Origin: Octopus sinensis
Taxonomy: Eukaryota
Reading direction: 5' to 3'
Length of the DNA: 64,000 bases
NCBI RefSeq assembly: GCF_006345805.1
Contig: NC_042998.1
Span: 138,198,001-138,262,000 of the forward strand
Part shown: positions 41,656 through 54,942 of the stretch, piece after piece
Layout of the letters: each line of letters begins with the position of its first letter
How positions within the stretch are numbered: position 1 is the first letter of the stretch
The notes under the pieces: generated by a model
What the model was told of the DNA's origin: nothing
The model's database searches: none
Seen by the model: the letters and a program-made list of their open reading frames with translations, nothing else
Program-made: the position numbers and the translations under genes

Positions 41656-42679
41656 TCAAATTCATCCTACTGAACAACTATTTCATGTTCGATACAGTTT
41701 ACTATCGACAAAAATGTGGAATTGCAATGGGAATGGAATTGCTACTCAAACTGGATTATCGTGGTTTGAAGCTTCTTTTGATCTTGTGTGTGCTATAGAA
41801 GCAAACGAAGTCGTTCGACCTGTTAGAAATAGTAACCGAATCTCCCGCAATTACAACCTGCTGTCTTAAAAAAGATGGATATTCCGAGGGGCAGAGATGC
41901 AATCTTAAATAAAGTATTTGAAAAATGTCTTCATGGTCACTCAGTCTGCTAGAAATAGAAGCCAAATTTTCCTTAAATTTCATCCTCTTGGTCATAGGTA
42001 GAATGTCTTTGATCACAGATCTTTTCGATTTGGGAATACCTATGGTAAAAACAACAGCAAAACGACAGTTGATAATGTTTGAATATTTAACTGAGTGTAA
42101 AATATTTCGTGGAAGTCATATATTGAATACTCAGAGCTTTGTCACTTGTATAGCTTCTCAGAGTAAGATGTTGCCACCGACCAAGCAAAACAGACTACTT
42201 ATCGTCTCCTATAAAATAGTTTAAATACCGTTATTATTATCCCTATCATAATATATGTTCTGATGTATGAATGTTTTACTGCATTTTAACAATATTTTTG
42301 ATGTGTAGTTGCTATGAACATAAATATATTTTATTATTTAAGCTAATGCGAGAAATCAATATTTAGTTTTTACAATGATTTTCATATTAATAATCATAAG
42401 GGCTATATGATTGAAATTTATCAAATCTTGATAAGTAATAGTAAATAGGAAATATAAAGGGAGAAAATGAAAAATAAAAAAAAAACATAAAAAGTATGCG
42501 TCAGATTATTACATATGAAATTGAGGAATATTGTTTATGTTCATTTATAATATACTTGATAGATTTGGTTTTTAACCTACAATATTAATATATAAATATA
42601 TTAAAATTACTGTAAAATTAAATAGGAAAGTAAAAATGTTTATTGTAATATAAATAGTAATATTGATTTCTTACATGGT

Positions 42680-42820
42680 CCAAGACTACGAGGTATTTAT
42701 TGGAAAGGAAGGGATCAACAGTCAGTAGAATATACCCAAGAAAATGAATGATATTCATTTTATCGTCTCCAGAGAGACGAAATCTAAAAGCATCCCGGCA
42801 ATATTTGAACCTAAGTTGTA
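42680..42820 (-). mobile_element. SINE family B, highly diverged
   Basis: tttatcgtctccagagagacgaaatctaaa..cggcaatatttgaacc. Confidence 0.35.
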
Positions 42821-43809
42821 ATTAAATAATGAAATGGCTCTACGACTTCTTTGACGCTACAATATTGAATGAATAAGAAATAAATATATTTTTCCTTTAG
42901 TAATAAGGGCATTTTTGTGTGGAGAGGTAAAGAATGAAACACCTGGTGAAAATATACCAATTTTATGGGAATATGAGAACCTTAAAAAATTTTCCATTAC
43001 ATTTTGTTATGGCGCAGAAATTTTCGCTGAAGGTAAACTGCATTAGAAAGCCTTTACAGGTTCAAATATCTCTCAAACACATTTGAACTGGTCTTAAGTT
43101 AGTGTTTTCCTTCACTGCTTCACGCATCTACTCACGTATATCAATATTTAATTTCGTTCCCGACAGTTCTCAGTCAAGACTGACTTTCGAATTTATCTGG
43201 ACCGGAAGAATATTGCAGATTTGATCGACAGTTTAATCCTTCTCTAACTTTATCGCGCCACGCCACTAGACAAAAACGCTTAAGCATAGTTACCTATAAT
43301 TTCAGTAATCTGCGCAATCATTACCTTCTATTAATCCCGTATTTTTCATTAATCAAGAATTTTTGCGACGTGTGTTATAGTGTAAGAAGTCGACCGCACA
43401 ATCTGGATTTCGATTCGAACTTGAAGACCATTTCATTCACTCTGATTATGGATTTATGAGTTGGGTATTAAACCATTTCATTCCATATACTCATAATTCA
43501 ATGAAATAAGCAAATATTAAAAAAAATTAATTCGACAAACGTTCTATCAAAAATTATACTGAACTTTTGAATTGCTATAAAGTATGCTAATTATATTGCT
43601 GCAAATTAATCAGAACAGAAATAAACTACAGTTGTCATATTGTCATCCAACTATCTGATTAAATGAATTACAATCTTTCCATCAATCTATATTTTAATCT
43701 ACTCATCACCTATTTACTTCTCTGTCTCTATATTCATATAACTATATTCATAAATATCGTCTGCTTAGTTACCCATTTCCTATATATTTATATATTTTCT
43801 TTCTTCAAG

Positions 43810-44200
43810 TGTCAACCACCGAGATTAGTCTCACTGCACTAGTTATCTCTGACCCCAAATGGCTTTCGTAGATCCTTAATTTCATGTTGCATGTCCCTGT
43901 CAATAACATCAACATAGTTGGGAGGTTATATTTTGGGTTCCCAAAAATTAATATGCGATATGGGCTGGTGTTCAGCACGTTAGGAGTGACAAGCAAAGAC
44001 TTCACTGTGCTGAGCAACAAAATTAGAAAAGAGGGATGGACTATGTTCGTAAATCTTCTCTTTGGTCTTGTACATATATAATGATATGTTTTGAACCCTC
44101 ATTGAGAAACCTGATGTATCTGCCAAAAAGGCGCCCAAGAGAAAACTGTTCTCCATACATGTTCTGAAAAAAGTCTTTGAAATATTTTACCTAACAGGTT
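43810..44200 (-). mobile_element. Highly degraded CR1/L2-like RT fragment
   Basis: Remnants resembling QGS.LG..LF, KC.VL and RDL.V motifs across frameshifts. Confidence 0.3.
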
Positions 44201-44268
44201 TATCTATAAATTTTCTCTCTCGATCTCTCTCTGTCTCTCGCTCTCTTTCTCTCTCTCTCTTCTCCCTG

Positions 44269-44337
<69 letters not shown>

Positions 44338-44382
44338 ATTATATAAATATTTATGGAGATATGTATGTATCTATCTATCTAT

Positions 44383-44456
<74 letters not shown>

Positions 44457-45174
44457 CTATGATTGCTTAGCTGGCCAAAACTACGAAGTCAATGTCAATA
44501 CTATTCTCACTTAAAGAATAATAAATTTGTTCTTTAACAAGTGATTGAGTAATCCTCCAAATCATTGTAAATTTTTTTGTATTATAACATAAAAACAAAC
44601 ATTAATTTATGCCTTGTCGCTTCTTTAGTCTCTGGAAAATGACCGTCACCCTAAGGCGGCCTATGCGCATGGTCAAAGCAGAAAACTTTCACTGGCATCT
44701 ACCTATAGACATATGTGTTTGTATGTGTGCAGGTGTGGCTGTGGGTGTGTGTGAGAGTTTGTATATACTATATACACACGTCTATCTATCTTTCTATATA
44801 TCCAACGATACACACGCATTCACATTACTTATTCAACTTTTACATGAACCCAGCCATTAATCGACCTCAGCCGACATACGGAAACAAACAAGAACGACAG
44901 CAAAATAGAAATAGTTTAGAAGTCTTGAGATAAAGACAATTTCTTCCTTACTGCGAGATAATATTTCTTCTCCATAATGATATAACCTTCGAAAGAGCAG
45001 AAACATCCAAAATGAAATAATAAAAATAATAAAGGCGTAGATGCATAAACAACATAGAATAAAATAAACCCTTCTGGGAATTGTTGTTGTTGTTGCGGGT
45101 AATATTCCTTAACGTCATGTGGACCACTGCTTTGCTTGCCAAGATTTTCTGTGATTTCAAACATAAAAAAGATG

Positions 45175-45207
<33 letters not shown>

Positions 45208-46060
45208 ACATATATTTATTTATATATATATATATATGTGTGTGTGTATGTACATATATATATTTTTATATGTGTGTGTGTGTGTGAGTGTGTGTGCATA
45301 CAAAAAAAACATGGCAAAGCAAAACGATCGAAACATTAGCTACCAGACCCGTTTTACCTTCATTGTTTTCGTGTTAAAACGGGCAATAATAAATCGATCC
45401 CTCTAAAGAGAGGAAGAGGGGGAGAGAGAGAGTAGGGGAGGAGGAAATATGGAGGAAGAGAAAACAGAAGAGGAAGTCAAAGGTGTCGGTTGTGAACATT
45501 GCACGCTGTTGTTTCAATAGAATAAGACCCGATATTACCGGCATAATGGTACGTAGCTTCAACCAACCAATACAACCTCACCCTCCCTATTAGCAAAAGA
45601 AAGGGAAAACATAACATTAAAAAAAAGTGGAGAAAAAAATAAATGATAATAATAATAATAATAATACGACTTTCCGTAGCTGCTTGTTTCGTAACGGAAG
45701 TCAATTTGGAATTTAAATATGAAAGGTCACAAAAGCGGATTGCTGTTAATCAATGCATTTGGGCTCTGCCTCATGAATTACTGTGAAGCCAGCAGCATGG
45801 GTGGGAGGGAGCTTGAAAGGGATATTAGGAGAGAGAGAGAAAGAGGGGACAGAGAGATAGAGAGATAGAAACAGGTAGAGGGAAATAGAGTGTAAGTTGT
45901 TATATAGAAGACATTACGTGTTAGTGTGTGTGTGTGTGTGTGTGTGAAAGAGGGCTTATTAGCATGTGAGAGGAAGACGGAGGTTAGAGATGAAAAGAGG
46001 GACAAACACTTTGACTCTGTGGGTGTGAGTGCCCGGGTGATTTGTATCTGTGACATTGTC

Positions 46061-46154
46061 TTTGAGTGTGTGCGTGTGTCTTTGAGTGTGTGCGTGTGTC
46101 TTTGAGTGTGTGCGTGTGTCTTTAAGTGTGTGCGTGTATCTTTGAGTGTGCATG
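46061..46154. repeat. 20-bp minisatellite, ~4.7 units
   Basis: tttgagtgtgtgcgtgtgtc repeated. Confidence 0.9.
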
Positions 46155-46617
46155 TGGATATGTGTGTTGTGAGCGTCTATATCTTTGAGTGTGTGTATTT
46201 GTTTGTGTGTATGTGTGTCTGCATGTTTATGCTTGTTTTTGTGCATGTGTGTGTATTTGTAGTGCATATGTGTGTGCATGTGTGCGCGCGTGTGCCTACA
46301 CTGCAGCTAATCGTATGCGTAAGTGTCAGAGAGAAAGAAAAAATATATATAATAAAAGAATTAAAGAAAGAGAAAAAGATCTGAAGGAAGACAGAAGCAA
46401 TATAAAACGTGATTAAATGTTGCAACAGTCAATTTTTGAGCAGAACCTTCTTCTTCACGAGACGAACTGTAGCTGCCAGCTTTCACGCAACATAAACTGC
46501 AGTTAGGTTCGTAAAGGGAGCACAGTGACTTCCGATACGGATTTGTTTCAAGCTCACTCAGCCGATACAAATTTGTCAATAGTTGACGGGGTCAGGGAAG
46601 GAGAGGGCAAGTGTGGA

Positions 46618-46727
46618 GAAGAAGAAGAAGAAGAAGAAGAAGAAGAAGAAGAAGAAGAAGAAGAAGAAGAAGAAGAAGAAGAAGAAGAAGAAGAAGAAGA
46701 AGAAGAAGAAGAAGAAGAAGAAGAAGA
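46618..46727. repeat. (GAA)n microsatellite
   Basis: Pure array. Confidence 0.95.
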
Positions 46728-47104
46728 CGACCAGATGGGAAAAATTGAACGGAAAAGAAATACTCGCCAACGTGGTCCCTGTCCACTAGACATAACAACA
46801 AAATTATCTCAAATTGCATCCTACCATTCCAAGTAAAGAAACGTGACTTTGTACAATGTAGTCTATATACTTCTAGATAAAAGAGTTGATCTATGCTGGA
46901 ATACCTTTGATCATAGTCCTACTCAAACAGGACCTACCTTGGGTCAAATAACAACAACAACAATATCTTCAGCAAAAAAGAACGATGTGATAGGATGAAA
47001 TATAGAAATTGAAAGAAAAGAGGTTGGTTGGGGCCTGGGGAACTGGATAAGGAAAAATAAGTCAAGTATAAAAGAAAAGCGATGAAAGATATGTATTAAA
47101 ATAT

Positions 47105-47275
47105 CGGTTTCAAATTTTTATATCGACCCGAGTGCTCAACTGGTACTTATATTGTAGACCCGAGATGATAAAAGGCAAAGCCGACCTCAGAATTCGAACT
47201 CAGAACCTAATGACTGACGAAATGCAGCTAAACATTTTGCCCGGCATGCTAACGATTCTCCCTGCTCGCTGCCTT
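47105..47275 (-). mobile_element. SINE family B
   Basis: Minus-strand head AAGGCAGCGAGCAGGAGAATCGTTAGCATGCCGGGCAAAATG..TTCTGAGTTCGAATTCTGAGGTCGGCTTTGCCTTT. Confidence 0.8.
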
Positions 47276-47280
47276 ATATA

Positions 47281-48516
47281 CGAGGGGCGTTCAATAAGTA
47301 ATGCCCCTGACCCACTTCCCATAGCAGTAGAGCAACGAAACTTGGCACAGTTATTAGTCTTTTTCTACATAGAAACCACCCAGAGTTACGCATTTTCCCA
47401 TCGTTTGATGCAGCTCTGGAGACCGTTTTTGTAGAAGACCCCAGCTTGGTCCTCCAATCACGACGTGACTTCAGAAATCAAGGCTGCATCATCTGGGAAA
47501 CGCTTTCCTTTCAAAAACAACTTCATGGCTGGGAAGAGGTGAAAATCAGAGGGTGCAAGGTCAGGAGGCACACGAGTTGTGAACCGGAGCGTTGTCCTGC
47601 AGGAGGAGGATGCCTTTCCTGATCTTGCCCCGCCTCTTGATTTTGGTAGCTTCTCTTAAATTCCTCAAAAGTGAAGCATAATAGGCTCCTGTAATTGTGG
47701 TGCCCCTTGCCAGGAACTCTGTCATCACTACTCCGCCCTGATCCTAGAAGACTGTGAGCACGACCTTGCCAGCGGAGGGCTGCACCCTTGCCTTCTTTGG
47801 ATGAGGTGAGTCACGTTGCTTCCACTGCATTGACTGGGCTTTGGTCTCTGGATCATAGTGATGGACCCAGGTTTCATCCTGTGTAATCAGTCTTTTGAAA
47901 AATTTTGACTCATCTTCTTGGCACATCTCTAAATTCAACCTCGAGCACTCGACGCGTTCTTGCTTCTGGAAAGGTGTGAGCAACCTGGGAATCCATCTGG
48001 CAGACAACTTTTGGATATGCAAATGGTCATGAATGATAGTTTCCACGGACCCGGTACTAATCTTGACCTCATGGGCTATTTGGCGAATAGTTATGCGTCG
48101 ATCTTCCAAAATAGCAGCCTCAACTTGACGGACAGATGCCTCATCAATGGCAGAAGGGGGGCGACCAGATCTGGGAGCTGTTTCCACAGAGTTCCGACCA
48201 TGCTTGAATTCACGATGCCTGCGTTTTACAAGGTCATATGATGGGGCATCATCACCATAAGTTACTTTCATTTCATCAAAGGTCTCCCGCGGTGTGCGTC
48301 CTTTCAAATACAAAAACGGAATCACTGCTCGACACTGAACAGGCTCCATTTCACACTTGACTCGGTTCAAACACCTGTAAATCAGAAACCACAATTAATT
48401 CAGAGCTGTAATTTGCCACTTAATCTATAGAGATATAAATAATTGCACATGCAAAATTTCAGCTAGATCAATCAACTACAAGTGGGTCAGAGGCATTACT
48501 TATTGAACGTCCCTCG
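47281..48516 (-). mobile_element. Mariner DNA transposon, near full length
   Basis: TIRs CGAGGGGCGTTCAATAAGTAATGCC / GGCATTACTTATTGAACGTCCCTCG with TA on both sides. Confidence 0.95.
47340..48349 (-). pseudogene. Mariner transposase pseudogene
   Basis: MEPVQCRAVI..RSGRP..SARWIPRLL..ITQDETWVHHYDPE..SAGKV; downstream LLQDNA and PDLAPSDFHLF occur in broken frames. Confidence 0.92.
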
Positions 48517-49504
48517 TATAATTAAATATTGAGTGAATTTTCACTACCGTTTAATCTAATCTGATTGTTTTCAACTTCGGTCATTTATGTATATGTACAC
48601 ACACACACACACACACACACGTGCATGCATGCATGTATGTATGTATGTTTGTACATATATGTGTGTCAGTTCATCTAATTGTATATATCTGTCGTTACCT
48701 TTCATAAAAAGCTTTTCCTTTTTTTATTTACAATGTGCATTTTTGTTGATTTTTCTTTCTTTCCCCTTACATTTTCACGTGTAGTTTATATTTTCTTATT
48801 GTAACATATTTCTATTATATATATATACATACATGTATGTATGTTCTTGCCTGTTTTAAATTTGTCTAGAAATTTCCTTTGAAGAAGGAGCTGTTTTCTA
48901 ACAAAGATACAAAGTTCCATCATTGGAATGTAGATAACCAAAACAATGTCACGTTTTAAAACCGAGAAAAGTCTTGCAAAGTTTTGCTGTTCCGCTTACA
49001 GATTTTATTTGTAATGTGCGAGCCTGTTGGTTGAAAATCTAAGCTTATCCAGACTGACAGTTAAACATTTTTCTTACAAAACCAACCGAACCAATTATTA
49101 CTGTTATAAATGTAAATTTGTAAGGTGCATGTATATTTGTATGTATGTATATCTGTGTATACCTGTCAATGTCATATATGCCATAAGGTCTGTAAATCTA
49201 ACAGAGGCCTCAAAAGACATTTTATGATCCACAAAGATCAGAACTTAACTGCAACTCTTGATGGTCCAAAGTAGATATGCAATTTACGTGGGTATCTTTT
49301 CAAAACGTTGTCTGGTTTTAAAAAACCCACGTCAGACGCCATGATAGATCTAATGTGTAAGTACAAGAGGTGGTCAAACTCTGCATGAGGAGTAGACAAC
49401 CACCATGTATGTATGTATGTTATAGTAAAACACAAAAGTATTATATAATAATAACACAGAAAAGGCATTTAAATTAGCGACAGCTGTCTGTGTCTCAGTG
49501 TATT

Positions 49505-49640
49505 GTAGTTTTTTACTTGTTTCAGTCATTGGACTGCGGTCATGCTAGACTAGCACTTTGTAGGATTCGATCAGATCGATCTCCAGTACTTGCTTTCAAT
49601 TTCTTTATTATTGTTGAGGTCACATTTGCCGAACCGCAAT
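49505..49640 (-). mobile_element. SINE family A 3' fragment
   Basis: ttttacttgtttcagtcattggactgcggtcatgct..tttgccgaaccgc. Confidence 0.7.
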
Positions 49641-49659
49641 TTTATATATTATATCAATA

Positions 49660-50270
49660 CTATACGAACTGAGCAGCTCATGTCCAGCACCTCAACTCCT
49701 TCGCGAGCATCATTCAAAATGCGAAGTATGTTTCCATACATATCACAACCTCCAAGCTCTGCCGTTTTCCAGACTGCAACCGATTCTTTTATTCTTTTAC
49801 TAAAAGCATCTTTAACAACTTTTGTGGGGTCCTCATTTCCTTCATTTCTCAAACAAAGCGATTATCTGATCAGTACTTCTGCAGTCAAACATTCTATATT
49901 CACTGTCTCTTTTGCATTCAACTCGCCACTGCAACCATCAGCAAAATCTCTTCCCAAATTATCTTTTTCAATCCACTAGGTCTTCACCATGTGCACACAC
50001 AATAAATATAAAAGTAGCTCTGATCACTTGAAACCAACAAGTTCACTGTCCCTAACAACGTGACTCCTTTTACCTGAAACAATCCACTTCAGGTCTACGG
50101 GAAATCTACTCTCCTATATTACTAACCAGTGGGATCTCGTTCACGAGAAATTGGTGAAAACAGTGTTCTTGTCCACGACGTCAGCAAACCATACAACATG
50201 AATCTCCTTACAAAACTGTCAGCATATGAACCCTGCACAATTTCCCGTTTACTTAATTTGACTTAAAAGA
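49660..50270 (-). mobile_element. Degraded RTE-like RT fragment
   Basis: Remnants of 'VR..MLYG..W' (about 50180-50215) and 'YG.ILR' (about 49720-49745). Confidence 0.4.
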
Positions 50271-50464
50271 TATCGATCGACACGAATCTATACAATATGA
50301 CATGTGTGAATGTGTGTGTGTGCGCGTGTATGGGTTTATGTAAATACGTGAGTGTTAGAAAAAGAGAGTATTCAGTACTTTAGAGTGAAGTAACTGATTT
50401 GACGTTGAAACTTCATAGTTACTCCGAGGTCCTCACAGCATATATATATATATAAAATTCTTTA

Positions 50465-50883
50465 GCAAAAATAGTATTGACAGTGACTTCGAAGTTTCGA
50501 TAAGCTAAACCATCATTGGACTGTCATTCATTTAAGTTCATCTTAGCCTTATGTAGTTTCTGTTAGGTTATGAATTTTCTAACACACTTCTCCATGTTTG
50601 ATCAATAAACAGTTTCCATACTACGTGGTTACTGCAACCTACCATTTAGCATTATTACCATTCAACGGAACTCAGGTCACCAAAGAGAATTTTTAACTGA
50701 ACAGAGACTATAAAAAGCCATGATGAATTTAAATGAATCACATTCCGCTGATGGTGTAGCTGGCCGAAGTCACTCTCAATATTATTCTTGTCAATATTAT
50801 TCTCTAACAAGAATAATAAATTTGTACTCTACCAAATGTATTGAGTAACCCTTCGATTTAATGTAAAATTGTGTTTATCGTAA
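50465..50883. mobile_element. Hammerhead-like insert family P, copy 2, with inverted arms (50465-50515 / 50748-50790)
   Basis: Minus strand tgacagt-ccaa-TGATGG-N11-GAAACTTCGAAGTC-actgtca; right arm ctgatggtgtagc..cgaagtcactctcaatattattcttg. Confidence 0.65.
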
Positions 50884-50947
50884 CATAAACAGACACAGAC
50901 ACACAGGCGCACGCGCACACTCACACACACACGCACACGTACACACA

Positions 50948-50985
<38 letters not shown>

Positions 50986-51086
50986 ACACACACACACAGT
51001 TCAAATGTACAGTAAACAAAAGACAGAGACAGGTGAAGGAACAACAAGCAAGGTATTTGTTTGACGCTCAGGGATAATGGAAAAGT

Positions 51087-51122
51087 CTTTGACGTTTCGA
51101 GCCTGCCCCCTTCGGCAGAAAG
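51087..51122 (-). ncRNA. Hammerhead-like motif, variant core CUGCCGA (same family as 23782)
   Basis: Minus strand cttt-CTGCCGA-agggggcaggctc-GAAACGTC-aaag, followed by the family's cctgagcgtcaaac flank. Confidence 0.55.
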
Positions 51123-51183
51123 GGATAAAAGGGAAAGGAAAGGGAGAGAGGGGGAGAGAGAAAGAAAGAGAGAGCCAGCGAGC

Positions 51184-51234
<51 letters not shown>

Positions 51235-51459
51235 CGAGTATATATATATATATACATGTATTACAAGGAGAAAATAGAGAGTTTTAACTGATTAAATTTA
51301 TTAACCGATTGCCAAATTCTCTGTAGCCTACAATTTGTTTCCATACTTAATTACAAATTAATAAATTAAAATTTAAAATTGCACCTTTCCTCAGGTTGAG
51401 AATTAGACATATAAAAATCACATCATAAACGAACATCTTTTAAGAGGTATCAATATACT

Positions 51460-51505
<46 letters not shown>

Positions 51506-51554
51506 AAACAAGTCAAAAATAGAAAATGCTAAATTAATTTTATAGTGAACATTT

Positions 51555-51592
51555 CAGTAGCGGTTTCGGTCATTTTGAGACCTTTTCAACTG
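51555..51592 (-). ncRNA. Minimal hammerhead-like motif with U3-A8 covariation
   Basis: Minus strand cag-TTGAAAA-ggtc(tcaaaat)gacc-GAAACCGCTA-ctg, within a ~230-bp insert flanked by (TA)n. Confidence 0.6.
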
Positions 51593-51799
51593 TAACGATT
51601 AAATAATTAAATTTAGAAAAATTAGAAGAAAAGTTTTTTTAAAAGAATATTCTATAGTAGTGTTCAGGTTTAAGTGGCATTCTGCCTTTCTCTGACTCCC
51701 TTGTTTGCACTTGTGTGTTGGAGGTCGTTGTGTATATATATATATATATATACATATATTTATATATATTAATTATATATATATAATATATATATATAA

Positions 51800-51859
<60 letters not shown>

Positions 51860-51911
51860 ATATATATTATATATATTATATATATATTACACACACACAC
51901 ACACATATATA

Positions 51912-52143
51912 CAGGGCTGGCCAAAAGTCACCCGACAGTAAATAAAAAAAAATTCATAAATATTCAATTTTATTTATTATTCCAATTACGAATATTTAAT
52001 AATTGGACGCTGTGAGTTAAAATCACCCTTTTTGCTCAACATTTGTCTATTTATTAGCGAAGTTTCATATAAAATAACTTATTGTTTTAATCTTGGAATT
52101 CAACGAGTTTGATTTACTGTCAGGTGACTTTTAGCCAACCCTG
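51912..52143. mobile_element. Tc1/mariner-type MITE
   Basis: TIRs CAGGGCTGGCCAAAAGTCACCCGACAGTAAAT / ATTTACTGTCAGGTGACTTTTAGCCAACCCTG; TA flanks. Confidence 0.9.
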
Positions 52144-52159
52144 TATATATTCTTTTTTT

Positions 52160-52370
52160 TCTTTTATTCTTTTATTTGTTTCAATCATTTGACTGCGGCC
52201 ATACTGGAGCACTGCCGTTTTAGTCAAGCAAATAGACCCCAGGACTTACTCTTTGTAAGCCTAGTACTTAGTCTATCAGTCTATTTTGCTGAACCGCTAA
52301 GCAACGGGGACGTAAGCACACTAGCATCGGTTCTCAAGCAATGGGGGGAAGCGACAAGCACAGACACACA
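52160..52370 (-). mobile_element. SINE family A 3' half
   Basis: Matches 62505-62720. Confidence 0.8.
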
Positions 52371-53448
52371 CACACGCATACATACATACATACATATATG
52401 TATGTATATATATATATTCGTTTTATGTCAAGTTATGAATAAAAACAATTTAACATTGAACTGAAAGATTTCCAATAGAATATTTACAATAAAAAGGTTT
52501 CGGCTTGCTCGCGTATCACACACACAAACAAACATAATTATTTGAATTTTGTCGTTTTAGTGAGTTTGTATATGACTTGTGCAAATAATACATGCTTGCG
52601 TGCATTGCGTATGTATTTGTACATTCGTGTGAATGTTTTTATATATGTGCAAGCGTTAGTGCATGTATATCTATATGCGTGTCAGTGTACATGTATGTGG
52701 GAGCGAGTGTATGAGCCTACATGTGTATGTTACTGCATTCGTATTCTTGTACGTTTGTGCGTTTGCGTGTACGTGTGTCTGTGTGGGCGTGTGGGCGTAT
52801 TTGCGTGTGCGATGCGCATGTGTATGACCGTTTTCATTCGTTGAACTTTTCGCTCCAGTAGGTCGCTTCCTGGTGACATTTCTCATTGTTACAGCCACAC
52901 CGGGTCGCCTGCCCTTCACACTTTACGACGTATTTATAATGTTTATAGTGTTTAAAGTGTGCCGCCGTCAAAACAACCAGCCAATTGACGATGTTGTAAA
53001 AAATGCTAAAAACTTTACATAAAAGCCAGTCATGACATCTAGACTTCACCTGCAACAATAAACGTTGGTTTAGACACGTCCCCTTTCTCAATGAAATCAT
53101 TTGTCACGCTTTATTCTGCAAATACTCTTTCTTTTCTCTCTTTTCTTTGTTGTCTTTCTTTCGTTTTCTCTTTCTATCTTTCTTTACTGTTTTTTTTTGT
53201 TGATTTTTCCTTCTTTTTCTTTTGTATTGTAGTTTAATTTTATTTGCTGGCTCATTTCCTCCTTTCTTTTCTTCATTTCTTTCTTGTATTTTCAGTTTCT
53301 TTTTTCATATTTTGTTTTACATTATTTCCTTCTCTCACGCACGTTGTTGATCTGTCTCTATCTATCCCTCTGTCTTTCTGCGCGCACGTATATATATATA
53401 TATATTTATAATAAGTGTAGGTATACGAGTGGGTATATATTTATAAAA

Positions 53449-53613
53449 AAGAAGTTTGAAAACGCCACTATATAAGATAAATTTTAATTTTCTTAGAAAT
53501 TTTACATGTTTCGGTTCTTCTTGAAAAGAAGTTCTTTTTCAAGAAGAACCGAAACATGTAAAATTTCTAAGGAAATTAAAATTATCTTATATAGTGGCGT
53601 TTTCAAACTTCTT
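53449..53613. repeat. Near-perfect palindrome, ~82-bp arms, centre 53531
   Basis: aagaagtttgaaaacgccactatataagat...gtttcggttcttcttgaaaagaa-g-ttctttttcaagaagaaccGAAACATGTA... Confidence 0.95.
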
Positions 53614-53660
53614 ATATATATATAATATATATATATATATATTATATATAATATATATAT

Positions 53661-53706
<46 letters not shown>

Positions 53707-53718
53707 TGTATATGTATG

Positions 53719-53752
<34 letters not shown>

Positions 53753-53760
53753 AACACATA

Positions 53761-53797
<37 letters not shown>

Positions 53798-53965
53798 CAC
53801 ACAACACACATTCATATAGTATGACAAAGGGGGAAATGTCGAAACTTCGAAGTCACTGTCAAACTTTACATAATGCAAGTTTAATAAACAAGGCACTCAA
53901 TATACTCTACTGAAAAGTATTGAATAATCCATCATTTTTGTAGTCTTGATATGCAATTTCACATA

Positions 53966-54135
53966 AGGCGGAGAGCTGGCAGAATACTTAACGGAATTTC
54001 CTGTCTTTATGTTCTGAGGAAATTCCCTTTCATCCTTTCGGTGTCGATAAAATAAATCCATTTGAGCACTGGGGTCGATGTCGTCGACTAGTCCCCTCCC
54101 GCCAAAATATCAGGCTTCGTGCTCATTGTAGAAAG
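53966..54135 (+). mobile_element. SINE family B, internally deleted
   Basis: aaggcggagagctggcagaat..cctttcatcctttcggtgtcgataaaat..gagcactggggtcgatg. Confidence 0.8.
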
Positions 54136-54213
54136 TAATGTATAATACAAGCATTATTGACCGCTAACTCCAAAAGTTTTTTTTAATTCTCTCTGTTTAT
54201 TTCCTCGTGTTCC

Positions 54214-54248
54214 CTTCTGTTGAAGAGCATTGGCTCGAAACGTAAAAT
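54214..54248 (+). ncRNA. Hammerhead-like motif, CUGUUGA family
   Basis: CTGTTGA-a-gagc(attg)gctc-GAAACGTA; stem II is conserved with 23782 while the loop differs. Confidence 0.6.
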
Positions 54249-54384
54249 ACTTTCTCACTTTCCCGGGCGTCAGACTAAAGCACATGCTTGTTTGTATATA
54301 TATATATATATATATATATGTAGGTCCCGGGTTGATTCGGGGTTAACCACAGTAAATAAGGTACTCAATACATAGTAGAGTAAA

Positions 54385-54501
54385 ATTAATTTATTATATA
54401 GAAGGAGCTTCTACAGGACTAGAACTGTTTCATTCAAGAAGATTTCTCTTGAATGAAACAGTTCTAGTCCTGTAGAAGCTCCTTCTATATAATAAATTAA
54501 T
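54385..54501. repeat. Perfect palindrome, 55-bp arms, 7-nt loop
   Basis: attaatttattatatagaaggagcttctacaggactagaactgtttcattcaaga-agatttc-reverse complement. Confidence 0.95.
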
Positions 54502-54518
54502 ATATATATATATATATA

Positions 54519-54561
<43 letters not shown>

Positions 54562-54701
54562 AGAGGGGGGAGAGAGAGAGAGAGAGTATTTCACTTAGGA
54601 ATTACGATACTAATAACTTGGTATAGAACTCAATAAGCATATGCCCCAGAACGAAGAGTTAGTCGAATACAGAACAGTAATAAGAAAATGAGATAACAAA
54701 T

Positions 54702-54798
54702 AAATAGATTATTTAAGTACTTCATAAGCTTATAGCTGTTTCTTTATAAGATGCAGTGAAACAGCTCTAAGCTAATGAAGTTCATGTGATAATCATTT
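54702..54798. repeat. Older imperfect palindrome with GAAACAGCT(C/A)TA arms
   Basis: acttcataagcttatagctgtttc-N15-gaaacagctctaagctaatgaagt. Confidence 0.7.
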
Positions 54799-54843
54799 AT
54801 TCCTTCATCATCTCATTTTCTTATATATAATATATATATATAT

Positions 54844-54913
<70 letters not shown>

Positions 54914-54942
54914 TATATATATATATTGTATATATATATTGT

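Noticed and set aside
41660-42210. 86-aa minus-strand ORF upstream of the Penelope RT
   Set aside because: No recognisable RT or host motif; left unassigned
45480-45800. CGGAAGT and CCAAT motifs as a promoter
   Set aside because: Too few and too dispersed to exceed chance
46061-46154. Regular 20-bp repeats as a CRISPR array
   Set aside because: No spacers, eukaryotic context, no cas genes
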